Positions 48,903 to 60,509 of a stretch of 64,000 bases of DNA are shown here, piece by piece (the first letter of the stretch is position 1; every line of letters starts with the position of its first letter). A program made the position numbers and the translations under genes. The stretch is from assembly GCA_965603825.1 (NCBI GenBank), contig CBFDEM010000047.1, forward strand, positions 124,001 to 188,000, written 5' to 3'. This DNA comes from Blepharisma stoltei ATCC 30299 (Eukaryota; Protista; Ciliophora). Below the pieces are notes generated by a model. It was given only the letters and a program-made list of their open reading frames with translations. It searched no databases and had not been told where the DNA came from.

Positions 48903-50729
48903 ATGGGCTGTTGTGGATCACAAGTACCTCTCGATATTGTCTCAGACGACGAAAGAATTATTTTTCAGAAGCAGTTGGAAATGGGCCTTCACAAATATAA
49001 AGCTACAAGCCTCATAAGCACTTTTTCTTCAAAAGAAATCCAAAATCATATCACGATAAGAGGATTCATAGAAGCTCTGGCTTCTCTGAAAATAAATTCA
49101 GCTTTTCTTTCTTACCCTAGCAACCCTATCAACTGCTTTTATAGGTCAATTGGAAACAGTGAATTAATAGAAGCAAAAAAGCTGAAAATTGCATGTGCTT
49201 TATTAGGACAAGGCACAGATGATGAGAAACTGGCCCAGCTGTATAAAATTTATGTGGCTGACGAGAAAATGAAAGTAACCCCTGCTCCACTTCCTATGAT
49301 GGAAAATGCTAAATTTGAAAAAATGATAAGAGATCTGTTTGCAGTTGCTATTAAGCTTATATGGGTAGCTCAAGGAAATGATGAAGAGTCTATGAGTATA
49401 AATAGGTTAAGGGCTTATGAAACGAAATTAGTAGGCGGGATAGTTTCTTCGATCATTTTGACAAAAACCGCTATATTGAATATTGAGAATGGAATAGCCT
49501 TAGAAGACATAAAGGTAAAAAGTGGTAAATTGCCTGGAGGCATAAAATCACTAGTTCATCCTTATCATATCCGCCAATTTATTTTAAAACAATACAGGGC
49601 AATTGACTTAAAAAGTGCAGCCCAAATATTTCAGTCAAAAATTAAGTCAGTCTTTGACAAAACTGATGAAGAAGAAATTAAGCCAGTCGTCGCAGACACC
49701 ACCATACTTTTTGGAGCAGAAATGCTTACAGCCAGCGTAGAAGAACTAGACAAGCCTTTCTCTTGTCACAGAGGCCACACACTGAAATGGTACAACGATG
49801 CCCCATTTTACTATCAAGAAGCCTACAAGACCTGGCTAATATCTTGCGATGCCTGCAAAAAAGGATTTTCGTCTGGCTGCTGGCAATGTAGGGACTGTGA
49901 GTATGATATATGTGAAGAATGCGGACTAAGCAAAAAAATGATCCCTCCTAAGCTAAAATGTGGAGAAAATAAAGAATTAATGTGGAGATGTGACGTCAAC
50001 CAATTCTACGCAGCTAATTATAATGCGTTTTCATATACATGCAACCAGTGTCATGAAATAGGAGAAGACGCTCATTGGCACTGCAGGTCTTGCTTGTTTG
50101 ATGTTTGCAGGAAATGTGGAGAAAAAAGTGGGTATAAGTTTCCTAAGTCGGCTTTCACGTGCAAAAAAAATCATCCACTGACACTAGAGAGTAATATTGT
50201 TGACTTGTATATGAGCAAATTTGGAGGCAAACCACTATGTGATGAATGTAGAGCAGCAATAAAATCTTCAAGTCAGCATTGTCAAGAATGTTTCTATGAT
50301 CTATGTGAAGCTTGCTCTATATTTTACAATCAGCCTATCGGCCCACATCCAGCGTTCGTTTGTACAGAAGATCATGTTCTTCATTACTTTGACAGTCCAT
50401 CATATTATGAATCAGTAGGCCTTCCTAAATCTTTTCGCTGTAATGGCTGCAGCCAGGTAAAAGAAGAAGAATGCTTTCATTGCAACAAATGCAACTTTGA
50501 CTTATGTAATGACTGTGCTGATAGCTTAGCTACATATTTTTCTTCTCCTTCTTTTAATAGAACTTGCAAGGAGGGTCATTTATTGGAATGGAATAATAAA
50601 GTTTGCAAAAATTACCAAGGAGGATTATATGTCTGCAAAAAATGCAACGAACAGTTTTCTGGGGTTGGCTCTTTGAGTTGCGCTCAGTGTTCTTATGATA
50701 TCTGCATCAAAGACATCAATAAGGATTAG
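48903..50729 (+). CDS. MGCC-start protein with five Cys/His-rich (C1/ZZ-like) repeats
   Basis: ATG 48903 MGCCGS; five repeats of C..(H)L...CxxC...CxxC.(Y/F)D.CxxC. Confidence 0.85.
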   Translation: MGCCGSQVPLDIVSDDERIIFQKQLEMGLHKYKATSLISTFSSKEIQNHITIRGFIEALASLKINSAFLSYPSNPINCFYRSIGNSELIEAKKLKIACALLGQGTDDEKLAQLYKIYVADEKMKVTPAPLPMMENAKFEKMIRDLFAVAIKLIWVAQGNDEESMSINRLRAYETKLVGGIVSSIILTKTAILNIENGIALEDIKVKSGKLPGGIKSLVHPYHIRQFILKQYRAIDLKSAAQIFQSKIKSVFDKTDEEEIKPVVADTTILFGAEMLTASVEELDKPFSCHRGHTLKWYNDAPFYYQEAYKTWLISCDACKKGFSSGCWQCRDCEYDICEECGLSKKMIPPKLKCGENKELMWRCDVNQFYAANYNAFSYTCNQCHEIGEDAHWHCRSCLFDVCRKCGEKSGYKFPKSAFTCKKNHPLTLESNIVDLYMSKFGGKPLCDECRAAIKSSSQHCQECFYDLCEACSIFYNQPIGPHPAFVCTEDHVLHYFDSPSYYESVGLPKSFRCNGCSQVKEEECFHCNKCNFDLCNDCADSLATYFSSPSFNRTCKEGHLLEWNNKVCKNYQGGLYVCKKCNEQFSGVGSLSCAQCSYDICIKDINKD

Positions 50730-50759
50730 GTTAATTTATTAGAAATTGATTAAGTAAAT

Positions 50760-51383
50760 TTAAGATATAGTAACTCCTTCACTAAGACACACTGAGCAGC
50801 TTCCTTTTTTTGCGCACTCTTCTCTTTGACAAGCATAAATAAACCCTTTACAGCATTCACAACTCATAGAATTAGGATACCACTCTTGCATTTTTGTAAT
50901 ATTTCCTTGCTTTAAATCATCCTCTGAATGAACCCACAAGCAAATATTCTTAATTAAGCAATTTCCAGTTTCCACAAGAAATGGGCACATCATATTTTTT
51001 TCTTGCGTATCTGGGCCTTCTTCGAAATGTTTCATTTCTTTCATAAGTCTGTCTAGTTGGTCTATGTCATTTTCAATGTCATTCTCAAGATTATACTGGG
51101 GATCTGGGGTTTCCATATATGGCTCATTTTCTTGATAAGCCAAAGCAATGTCTTCTGTAGAGAACTGTCCTTCCTGAGAAGCTTGCCTAGTGAGCTCTTG
51201 GACCATGCTATGAGGGTTTTGAAACATCTCATTGATTGTGACGTAGCATGACCTCTTAGGAGGGTTGTGTGAAAAAACACATCGAGGGAAATATTGGCAT
51301 TGTTGGCCTGTGAAAATTGCTTGGCATATTGGATAGTTATTTTCATCGAAATACCAAACAGTGACTTGAGGCTGGCTGTCCAT
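50760..51383 (-). CDS. CCCH zinc-finger protein with a C-terminal Cys cluster
   Basis: CQAIFTGQQCQYFPRCVFSH, CPFLVETGNCLIKNICLWVH, CECCKGFIYAC...C..C. Confidence 0.8.
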   Translation of the reverse strand: MDSQPQVTVWYFDENNYPICQAIFTGQQCQYFPRCVFSHNPPKRSCYVTINEMFQNPHSMVQELTRQASQEGQFSTEDIALAYQENEPYMETPDPQYNLENDIENDIDQLDRLMKEMKHFEEGPDTQEKNMMCPFLVETGNCLIKNICLWVHSEDDLKQGNITKMQEWYPNSMSCECCKGFIYACQREECAKKGSCSVCLSEGVTIS

Positions 51384-51407
51384 TTATTAATAAGAAAATT
51401 TACAGAG

Positions 51408-52622
51408 TTATAAAGAATTCTCTGGCAGGAGTGTGGAAGGCTCATTGTAGTCTTCATCAGCTTCTTTTTTGGCGTCTTGGAGTCGTTTAAATAGTTTTCC
51501 AAACAATTCGAAGTTATTTTTGTGGGAAATTTCAAGCTGGTATTTTAAAGCTTTCATTCCTTTCATATAGTCATCAATAAGATTTCTCTCTCTGAGCTTT
51601 AGAATTTCGAGCTCCTTTGTGTGGCGAGCTTTTTCTTCTCTTTTTTCTTTTTCTAATTCAATTATTTTTCTTTGTAAGTTTCGAGAATTCTCTCTATCAT
51701 TGAATAGTCCTACATCTCGCATTTTCATATCTAAGCTTTCCAATACTTTACTGTATTTCCCATTTTTATCTTGATTGAGGACAATTGATCTTAGATGCTG
51801 ATAGGATCCAAAAGTGGTAGTCATCATGTTAGAATGCTTTGATAATAATTTTATCGCCAGCTCTAGCTGGCCTGATCTACGTTTTTTTCAATTTTTATAC
51901 AAATGCTGAATTTTTTTGATTCTTGATCTAAGCCTATAAAAATTTCCACATAAATTCTTGCGTACTAAATGGCCTCTATAAACCCTTTGAATTTCTGTAG
52001 CAGCAAGTATATAAATATCAAAATCAAATACAATAGGTTGGACTAGTTTTTTATTTTTTGATGGGCTGAATTTTTTTCGTTGAGACATAGGAAGAGGCAG
52101 CTCAAATTTGGACACTTTATCTAGCTGTCTTAATGATGGTATCACTGATTTATCAACACTTTGATTCATAATAGATATTTCTGATAAATCTGGAGACTGA
52201 GCATTTGAGTAAAATTCATCACCTATTAAAGCATCTTCTACTTTTTTTATTTGTGTTTCGTACTGATCTTCTTGCTCCTTTAACATCTTTTCAATAAGTA
52301 AATTTTTAAATTTTTTTCTTTGTAAAAATCCTCTTATATGTTTTTGAATTATAATAATGCTTTTTGCATATTCATCTTGACTTTTAGGTGTCTTTTTATA
52401 TATAGGAGGTTTTCTCATCATAATTGAAGGCTGCTTTTTTGGCTTAGATTTAGGTAAATTATCTCCTAAATATTTTATGCTCTGTGCTACTTTCAGTTCA
52501 TGCCTCTGTAGGTCCTTTAATTTTCTCACTTGGAGTTTTGACAAACAACACCTCACAGTCTGCTGGATTTTAATAATCGAATCAATTATTCGTGTTCCCT
52601 TAGACATTTTTGAAGAGGACAT
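51408..52622 (-). CDS. IQ-motif + coiled-coil protein (one UGA-Trp)
   Basis: IQKHIRGF and IQRVYRGH IQ motifs; TGA 51888-51890 joins in-frame ORFs. Confidence 0.85.
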
Positions 52623-52734
52623 GTCTAACGTTTATTTATATTTTCTTTGGCTGGTTTAATCAATATAAAGCAAGCTGTTATAAAAATCAAATTTATGATA
52701 ATAAAAATTGAGAAATGATCAAAAAGACTTTAAA

Positions 52735-53610
52735 ATGGTTGAAAAGGTATGAGACATTAAAGTTCATAGCAATCCTGATTGTATTGTAAGTATTGAAAAT
52801 GGGTATTTGATAGGCACTTATGAGCTTAATGAAGAAACAAGAGTGAAAACTGGGTCAATTTTAGCAATGGTGGAGATGGAAGAGAAAAATCGTATGATTT
52901 TGGACAAGGGAATTATGGATATCAAAAAAATTGATCAAACTTCTTTTCTTGCATCAACATCAGAAGGTGGAATTGTAATATTTTCTGGAGAAAACCTAGA
53001 AATCAAGGCTGATTCGGTAATTCATGATTTTTGTACGTCATATATATCAATTTCGGATGGAATTTGCTGGATTTCTTATCTAGATGGCACTGTTTCAGCA
53101 GTTGATATTAACACTTTGCAAACTTTGTATTCAATAAAGCCAAATGCTTATGAAATATGAAGCATTTTTGCCTCAGAAAATGAAGTTTATATTCCAACTT
53201 CTATTGGAAAGCTAGAAATTTGGGACAAAAGACTAGAAAATTCTGCATATAAGCTTAATATCCATACAGAAGATATATGCAGTATAGGGATTAGCGATAA
53301 TTGCATAATAACTGGAAGTTATGACGGAGACCTCGCATTTCTTGACAAAAGAACCTACCAAATAATAGAAAAACTCCACATTGGCGGTGGGATCTGGCGA
53401 TTTATAAACACCGACAGCTACATAGCATGCGCCTGCATGTACGAAGGCTACAAATTCTACTGAAAAGCTTCCAAAGAAATTTCCACAATCCCTACATCTT
53501 CAATTGCCTATGGTCTTGACCAAATAAGCCCTACAAGCTTTATTGGCTGCTCCTTTTACGACAGAGAGGTCTCGAAACTAACATTAAAAACAGTCTTTAA
53601 TTCTACTTAA
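52735..53610 (+). CDS. DPH7: diphthine methylesterase DPH7/WDR85-like (three UGA-Trp)
   Basis: GTYEL, TGSYD, GGGIWR, ACMYEG, SIAYGLD, CSFYD; TGA at 52750, 53158 and 53461. Confidence 0.85.
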
Positions 53611-54106
53611 ACATCATATTTTTTGCATCTTTTAACGCTTCAGCTAAAAGCTCACACATGTCTTCTGGCTCAAATGCTGATAAAAGTTTTGCGAAATCTT
53701 CATAAGTCATCTGCTCTTCTGGGGTAAAATTGAATTTCGCGATATTTGATTTCCTTTCAATTCTCCTAGATATTCTGAGTTTTGATGATTTTGGATCAAT
53801 TGATTTAGAATGGTTTAGAGGAGACATGCGACTGAAGCCTGCTTTTTGAGAGCTTGAAGGCCGGTATAGGTCTTGAGATTTGTGGTAAGAAGTTTTAGGA
53901 TACCTATATGCTGATTTCTGAGGAAAAGGGGAAGAAACCATGAGGATTCTTGGCCCACTGGTTAAGGATTACTAATGATTGAGAATTAAGGCATTTTCGC
54001 TTAAAAATTGAGAATTTTGTGATTTTTCTTGCCGGGAGATTAAAATTTCGGGGTTGGAGTGGTTGGAACTGCTGTCACTGAAATTTTCGTCTTTCTTTTG
54101 CATCAT
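53603..54106 (-). CDS. hypothetical protein, one 15-nt intron
   Basis: ATG 54106; removal of 53958-53972 removes TAG TAA and joins ORF 53603-53941 in frame. Confidence 0.7.
53958..53972 (-). other. 15-nt spliceosomal intron
   Basis: GTAATCCTTAACCAG, A at position 10. Confidence 0.75.
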
Positions 54107-54680
54107 ATTAAATTAAAACAAAAAGAATTTTAGATCATTGAATATAGCTGCACAATTAAAGAGAGATATGATATAGAATGAGTGCAAATATCCATTTTAG
54201 AGTGCAACTTAATGATAACTTACAAACTGAGTAAATTTTGTTAATTATCTGCCTGAATTCAGCGTTATATTATTTCATTTATCTTGATGGATTGCTTTAC
54301 TCAAATTTGATAGTTTAATTTTGGAAATATGCAAAAACTGGAGAGTGAAAATTAATTATATAAAATTTATTGCTATTTTGCCAATTATCTATACCAAAGA
54401 AATAATTTATAGAAAAACACTTGGCTGCTTTTTTGACACTGAATTCTCATTCTTTATTGACTTAATGTGTCTCTAAATACCCGCTTTTATTTTAAAAATA
54501 TTTATTATTTTGCATAGCTGCAGGTTATGAATTAATTTAGTAGAATCTGCCATACATTAATCATATTCAAAATAATTGGTCACATAGCCTGCCAATTCTA
54601 TGATATTTTTATATTGATTAATTATTATATTTATTGTTAGAGTATTTTAATCTTAAAGGGTAAGGCTATTAATAAGCAAT

Positions 54681-56354
54681 ATGTTCAAAGCATCCACCTT
54701 TTTTTGCTTAAGATATACTAAAATCGTCAGTAGGCATGCAGGAAATTTAGTTTCGGACCCTAAAAAACTTAAAGGCATGGTTGGAGTTTCTAGTAACACT
54801 GAATTTTTACACAAAGATGCAATAGTCTCTGTTCAACCCAAATTAAGAAATTCGAACGACTTTGGGTATGAGTATTATGGTCAAATATTTTTCAACAATA
54901 GATTTGGCACTGAAGACTCTGAATGGTAACTTCTATTTAGTCTTCATTCTTTAAGAGAATATTTTCTTACTCAATTTGGTGTGCAAGAATTTAAGGAATT
55001 TTTAGAAAGAAATGAATTATTAAAGGACACGCTTCTCAAAAAAGAACAATATAAATCCTATTTCTCAGAGATTGCACTAAAATTCAACTATGATCGAAAT
55101 CTGCTTAAATTGGTATCAGACTGTAATATTCATGAACTTGTGGTTAGTAATTTTTCAGAAATTTTCAATGGAAAAGAAAACTCCCAAGAAGATATCTATG
55201 TAGGAAAATTTTGGACCCAAAAAGCGATTGGTAGTAATGAAAATTATGTGTTTAATTATTTCCCACTTGAAGATGCTGATCACTTTGATAATGATAGTGA
55301 TAAAAAAGAATTTAAAATGTTTTCCATTTCAAATGAATATCCGCAAGTAATTGAAGAAGAAAGGACAGAAGAGCCTGAAGAAGCAAAAGAAAGCACAGAT
55401 AAATCTGCAATTGTTTTTGATTTAGATGAAGAAAGCTCTGAAGACACTATATCATATACAAATGACAAAGAGATGCCTCATGATCCGCTTAGTGAAATGA
55501 AAAGTCAAATCCCAATAGATATTTTTGAATTTTTCATAAAAAATAAAGTCATAGTTTTTTCACAGGAAAAAAGTTCGAAAAACCCAGTAACCAATTGGGT
55601 TTATGTGCAGCTAGAAACTGGAAATGATGATCTTTTAACGATAGAAACAGTTGAACGAGCAATGAAATCGTGTGGTGTTCGTTCTACTAAAAGAATCGAA
55701 ATTTTTAATGGTACTAATAAGAGAAAGCAGAAAATAGTGGAAAGCGAAGTAATGAATAAAATTAAGGCCTCAAATAGAAATATTGTTTTGGGCCAAAAGC
55801 CAGAATTATTTCCAGCTAAGATACTTCCAAAGCAAGAAATTCCTAAAGAGCAAGCTAAAATTAAAATTTTTCAAAGTCCAAAAGCATATGCATTTATTGA
55901 ATTAAATGAAATTTCAGACAAAATGAAAGTTTTGAATCCCCATTTCAGGATTTTCGGAGTGAATATGTTCGGATCATTATTGCTTGTTGATGATGCTGAT
56001 ATCAAATTTACTATAGTTGTAAGAAACGTAGATATCACAGATCAAGATATGTTTGAAGCAAAATTTAATGAAGAATTATTGAATAATAAATCAGATGTGC
56101 AAATTCGTGGATATCAAATTTACAATTATTTTAATGGGAAAATGAACCAGATATTGCTGAGGCTTAAAACTTTTGAAGATGCTTTTGAGGTGGCAAACAT
56201 TATGAATAATAAGACGCTTAGAGGGAAAAAGATAACTGTTGATTTTAGAAGAGGATGCGGAATTTGGGATAGTGGCGAATATAGAGAAACATTAAATGGC
56301 TTCATAGGAAGTGATTCTATTGAAGGGGGGAAAAAAGATAAGAAAAAGCATTAA
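54681..56354 (+). CDS. probable mitochondrial protein with C-terminal RRM-like domains, one intron
   Basis: Basic presequence-like N-terminus; KAYAFIEL RNP1-like motif; intron 54926-54940 joins the two ORFs. Confidence 0.72.
54926..54940 (+). other. 15-nt spliceosomal intron
   Basis: GTAACTTCTATTTAG, A at position 10; removes an in-frame TAA. Confidence 0.85.
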
Positions 56355-56486
56355 TTATATAACACAGTATATTTTAAGCAATTTTTAGCGGAAAATAAGT
56401 AGGATAAAGATTAATATATTTTAATTAATTTTGAGGAAATAAATAAAAAGATAAATATATATGGTGGGGTTTTCATTAGTAAATAA

Positions 56487-57761
56487 ATGGAAAGTGTCTG
56501 CATCGAATGCCAACAGAAAGCTGAATTCATCTGTTTTTGTCAAGATATCAAGCTTTGTAAAGCTTGTATACCAAACCATCAAAAAAAAGTTACAGGCCCA
56601 CACAAGCTTGTCCTTATAGGCGACCCAGACCTTGAAAAAATTCAGTTAGAGTTCAATAAAACCCGGAGGGCGACCAAAGGTCCTAAAAAAACTGCAGGAG
56701 GCAAAAAAAAGCCTGCAGGCCCTAAAAAACCATCAAAAACCCCTGAAGAAGAAAAAAAACTGGCTGATGAAAAAGATGCATTAAAACAGCGAATGAACGA
56801 AGAACTGCAAAAGCTTCAGAATTTTAAAAGAGAAATGATCAGCAAGCTATCAAATCAAGCTGCCAGAATAATCCAGCACATTGTAGGAGAGCATGACAAA
56901 GCTAAAGAAATCTTGAACCGCGAATGCGGAGCTAAACAAAGCTCGATTCAAGAAGCTATTATTGAATGTGACAAAACTCCTGCAAATGGGGACATTGAAA
57001 GAGGAAATGTCGTGCTTGCAAAAGTCCTAGATGCTCCCGATCTAAATGCGTTGAATCTTGTGAATAGTAAATGCACTGTTAAAGAAAAAAGTATTTCTTT
57101 AGAAGGGTCGCTGACTTTTCAAACTGTTTTGATGCCTTTGAAGTCCAATACAAAACTTCAAGAATTTTTATCAGCAAATGCAACTGGAATGAATGAAAAA
57201 ATCAAGCAACTTTTTGATGATGTTTTAGCTGAAAGGCATCATGCGGTTACTGAAATAAAGCTAACTAAAGTAAGTTTAGGAAAAGACGGTGCTAAACATT
57301 TAGCAACTATTTTGCCTAAATATTCAAAAATTAAATCATTGAGACTTGTAGACACTGAGCTAGGGGTTGAAGGAGCTAAAAAAATAGCGACAGGGCTATC
57401 AAGCTTAAAAGGACTGCAAAAACTTTGTATTTCAAAAAATTCGCTTGGAGGACAAGGAGGGAAAAGTATTGCAGCAGCTATAAAAGATCTAAATCAACTA
57501 AAAACTATTGATTTGTCAAGCAATAAGCTTGGAAATGAAGGGACGAAATTCATAGCTGCAGCTTTAAAAAATTTAGTCGAGTTGAGATCATTGAGGCTAT
57601 CAAACAATAACTTAAGCACTGAAAGCGCCAGAGCTCTTGCATCAATTTTAGTTGGCCTTAAAAAGTTGAAAACATTGAATTTAGCTGATAATAGTTTTGA
57701 AGGAGAAGATAGGAACATGCTGAATGAGACGACTCCTAAAGAATGCAACCTCGAGTTATAA
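56487..57761 (+). CDS. B-box-like + coiled-coil + ribonuclease-inhibitor-type LRR protein
   Basis: CIEC...CFC...CKAC..H...H; 28-aa LRRs (LKTIDLSSNKLGNEG). Confidence 0.88.
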   Translation: MESVCIECQQKAEFICFCQDIKLCKACIPNHQKKVTGPHKLVLIGDPDLEKIQLEFNKTRRATKGPKKTAGGKKKPAGPKKPSKTPEEEKKLADEKDALKQRMNEELQKLQNFKREMISKLSNQAARIIQHIVGEHDKAKEILNRECGAKQSSIQEAIIECDKTPANGDIERGNVVLAKVLDAPDLNALNLVNSKCTVKEKSISLEGSLTFQTVLMPLKSNTKLQEFLSANATGMNEKIKQLFDDVLAERHHAVTEIKLTKVSLGKDGAKHLATILPKYSKIKSLRLVDTELGVEGAKKIATGLSSLKGLQKLCISKNSLGGQGGKSIAAAIKDLNQLKTIDLSSNKLGNEGTKFIAAALKNLVELRSLRLSNNNLSTESARALASILVGLKKLKTLNLADNSFEGEDRNMLNETTPKECNLEL

Positions 57762-57864
57762 TTAAATAATTTATAATTCTTTTTATTTTTGACATTTTGC
57801 ATATATACATAAATAAAAGAATTTCTGTCTTAAAATTTTAAGATTAATAAGAATTTAAGGTTAA

Positions 57865-58302
57865 TTAAGCTGCTTGAAATATAGAGGAGAATTCTTGTAA
57901 GTTAACTTTTCCATCATTATCGCTATCAAATGCTTGTATCATAAGAACAGCTTGACGATAGCTTAAAGGAAATCCAAGTGATTCGCTGGTATTTCTCAGA
58001 TCATCAACTGAAATTAAATTGTCTTCATCTTTGTCAAAGTTCGTAAAAACGTCTTCAATATTGCTTGGCTCTTCCAGCTTCACAAAGTCAGGGTGCAGCA
58101 AAGCTTCTACCTCTTCAGTTTGAATTCTCCCATTTTCATCAGCTTCTAAGTAACCAATTAAGTCCATAACTGAATTTTTTTCATCTAAGTACCCATTGGC
58201 AATCAGTGAAGCTTCAATTTCTGCAGGGACTATGTATCCTCTGTTTTTTGGATCAAAAACTTCTTTAAATAAAGTAAAATAGTCTATGCTTTCTTCCGAC
58301 AT
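57865..58302 (-). CDS. centrin/calmodulin-like EF-hand protein
   Basis: FDPKNRGYI, FDKDEDNLISVDDL, FDSDNDGKVNLQEF. Confidence 0.88.
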   Translation of the reverse strand: MSEESIDYFTLFKEVFDPKNRGYIVPAEIEASLIANGYLDEKNSVMDLIGYLEADENGRIQTEEVEALLHPDFVKLEEPSNIEDVFTNFDKDEDNLISVDDLRNTSESLGFPLSYRQAVLMIQAFDSDNDGKVNLQEFSSIFQAA

Positions 58303-58653
58303 ATTATTTGCAGATCTAATAATCAGCCCACCAAAGAAATATATTTAATAATAAGATTTGAATAAATTGAGAGTGAATTGAGAAAGGAGTAAAATGATAA
58401 TAGCTAAACGCTTCAAATCTATAATGAGCTTATTTTTATTACGATGGTTTACAATAAAAATGCTATAGGGATTTAATTTGAGAAATTTTAATTAAGCGCT
58501 GGCTTAATTACTTTTGGATTCTCATGTCAAACTTATTTTGAAACGAATCCCATCGTTTAGGCCTTAATAGTATCAAAATCAATTTATTATGAGAAATTTT
58601 GAATAAATGTAAAATAAAGTATAAATTAAGAGCGCTAAGCAAGGAATAAACAC

Positions 58654-59292
58654 TTAAAATCCGCTTGCCATGTTTTTTAAAATTCTTTGTTGTCGCCTTT
58701 TCTCCAAGTATTTTCTATCAAGTTCTTCATACTGCCTTTGTTTTAGCGTTGCTATAGGATTTGATGCTTCTAACACTTTTTTATCCTTAATTCAAAGATC
58801 ATTGCTTGTCTGATAATTAAATCTAAAATATCCTTTAAAGCTTTTTCTTATTGGCTTTGGTGGTGGATCTTCTCGTGCACTCATATTTTTCTTTTCTTTT
58901 TCCATTTTCTGGGTTAAATCATAAAATGTTCTGACTAATCTTTCTGTAGGTTTAGCCATACTTGCTTTTAATTCACTCATCGTATGGAAAAATGGCTCAG
59001 TTTTTCGTTTCGGCTCAGTGGAACTAAATGCTTTTCTAGGAGGTTTAGTGGAAGGGTCGTATACACTTGAAATTACTAGATGCGCTACAGGTCGAGGGAT
59101 TTTGGTAATATCGTCAGGCAAGCGGTTAGAAGGCAATTGGCCTGGCTTTGCAGGCTTAAGAGTTTTGGGACCGTGAATATCGTTGAAATAAGGAGTTGAG
59201 AGAGGTCGTGGGCATTGAAAATACCCATCAAATTTCTTCGGTTGTATTGTATAGAGATTTGATAATGGAGAAGAGGTTGTATTTAATTGCAT
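58654..59292 (-). CDS. hypothetical protein (212 aa, one UGA-Trp)
   Basis: Reads through TGA 58792-58794 to TAA 58654-58656. Confidence 0.75.
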
Positions 59293-59465
59293 ATTAATAT
59301 AATAATTTGCTTAGCTGAAATTGAAATTCACTTTTTTAATTAGAAAATAATTGGAAATTTCTAACAAGTTAGATAAAATTGGCTAAAAGATTATTCATGA
59401 ATTTATTATCTTAAAAAAGTAAAATCCGAATAAGTTCACCTTAATTATTAAATTTAAAAGAAGGC

Positions 59466-60470
59466 ATGGCTTTCTACCCGAGCCCACAAAATTTGGATTT
59501 TTATATTTTGATTGCTTTGGTATGGTTTTCCTTTTTCGGGTTTTGGTTTCTTAATACATATTTCTGAAACAAAGAGCACAGTTCATTTTTGCAAAAATCA
59601 ATGACATTCATGATTTTCTTTAAACTTATCCACTGTGTTTTTCAAGTAATTCTTATAATTGCAGAGTTTGAAAATATGTATTATGTTTGATTTTGTCATA
59701 CAGCAGCTTATACACTCTTCAATACAATTTCATATATGATCTTCCTACTTATAAGCCAAGGATTTGGGTTATACAAATCCTCACTCAATAAAAAGGAACT
59801 ATCAGTAACTGTGGTAACGATGATTGTGTTTTATGCTTGCTTTACTGTGTATTCTCTAAATGAAATTGCAATGTTTCCTTTGCTTTTAACTTTTCTTGCA
59901 ACCTGTGGATACTTCATTTTGAAGTTTGCATTTTACACGACAAAATGCCTTAAATTGAGATATGAACTTTTACAAATCTTAGAGATGAGAAACTTAGCAC
60001 AAGTTGTTATAAAGAAATTAAAAATACTTAAGAAATATCTTGGCTTTGTGACGTTTCATCTTGTGTCACATTTTATACCCGCATTTTTGATTTTTTCTAA
60101 TTACAATGGTTCAATTAATATATTGCCACATGAAACTAATACAAGATTCTTTGGAGAAATATGTGAATATTTATCAATTGTCGCCATATGTTTTTTATTT
60201 AGATCAAAAAATCGAGGCGAAATCTTTATCCAAGAAACCCAAACACTTCTAAACTACCGTTCAATACTCCCGATTTATGAAGCAAGAATTACCGATCTTC
60301 CTTCTAGGCGTATTAAAAACACCCCTGAGATCCCTCCATTGCTAATAACGAACCCAACATATGAAGAAAAAGTATCACTTTTTGTCGCAATCCCAATTTT
60401 ACGAGAAAATCGGACTGATGTAAGTCCAGATGAAGTCTTAATCCAGCCATTACTGAGTGATGTGCATTAA
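59466..60470 (+). CDS. multi-pass membrane protein, GOST/Lung 7-TM-like (two UGA-Trp)
   Basis: ATG 59466 in frame through TGA 59565 and 59688; about seven hydrophobic segments; LLISQGFG. Confidence 0.72.
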
Positions 60471-60509
60471 GTATTTGTAAAAGTTTTTATAATTAATAGC
60501 TGATTAAAA

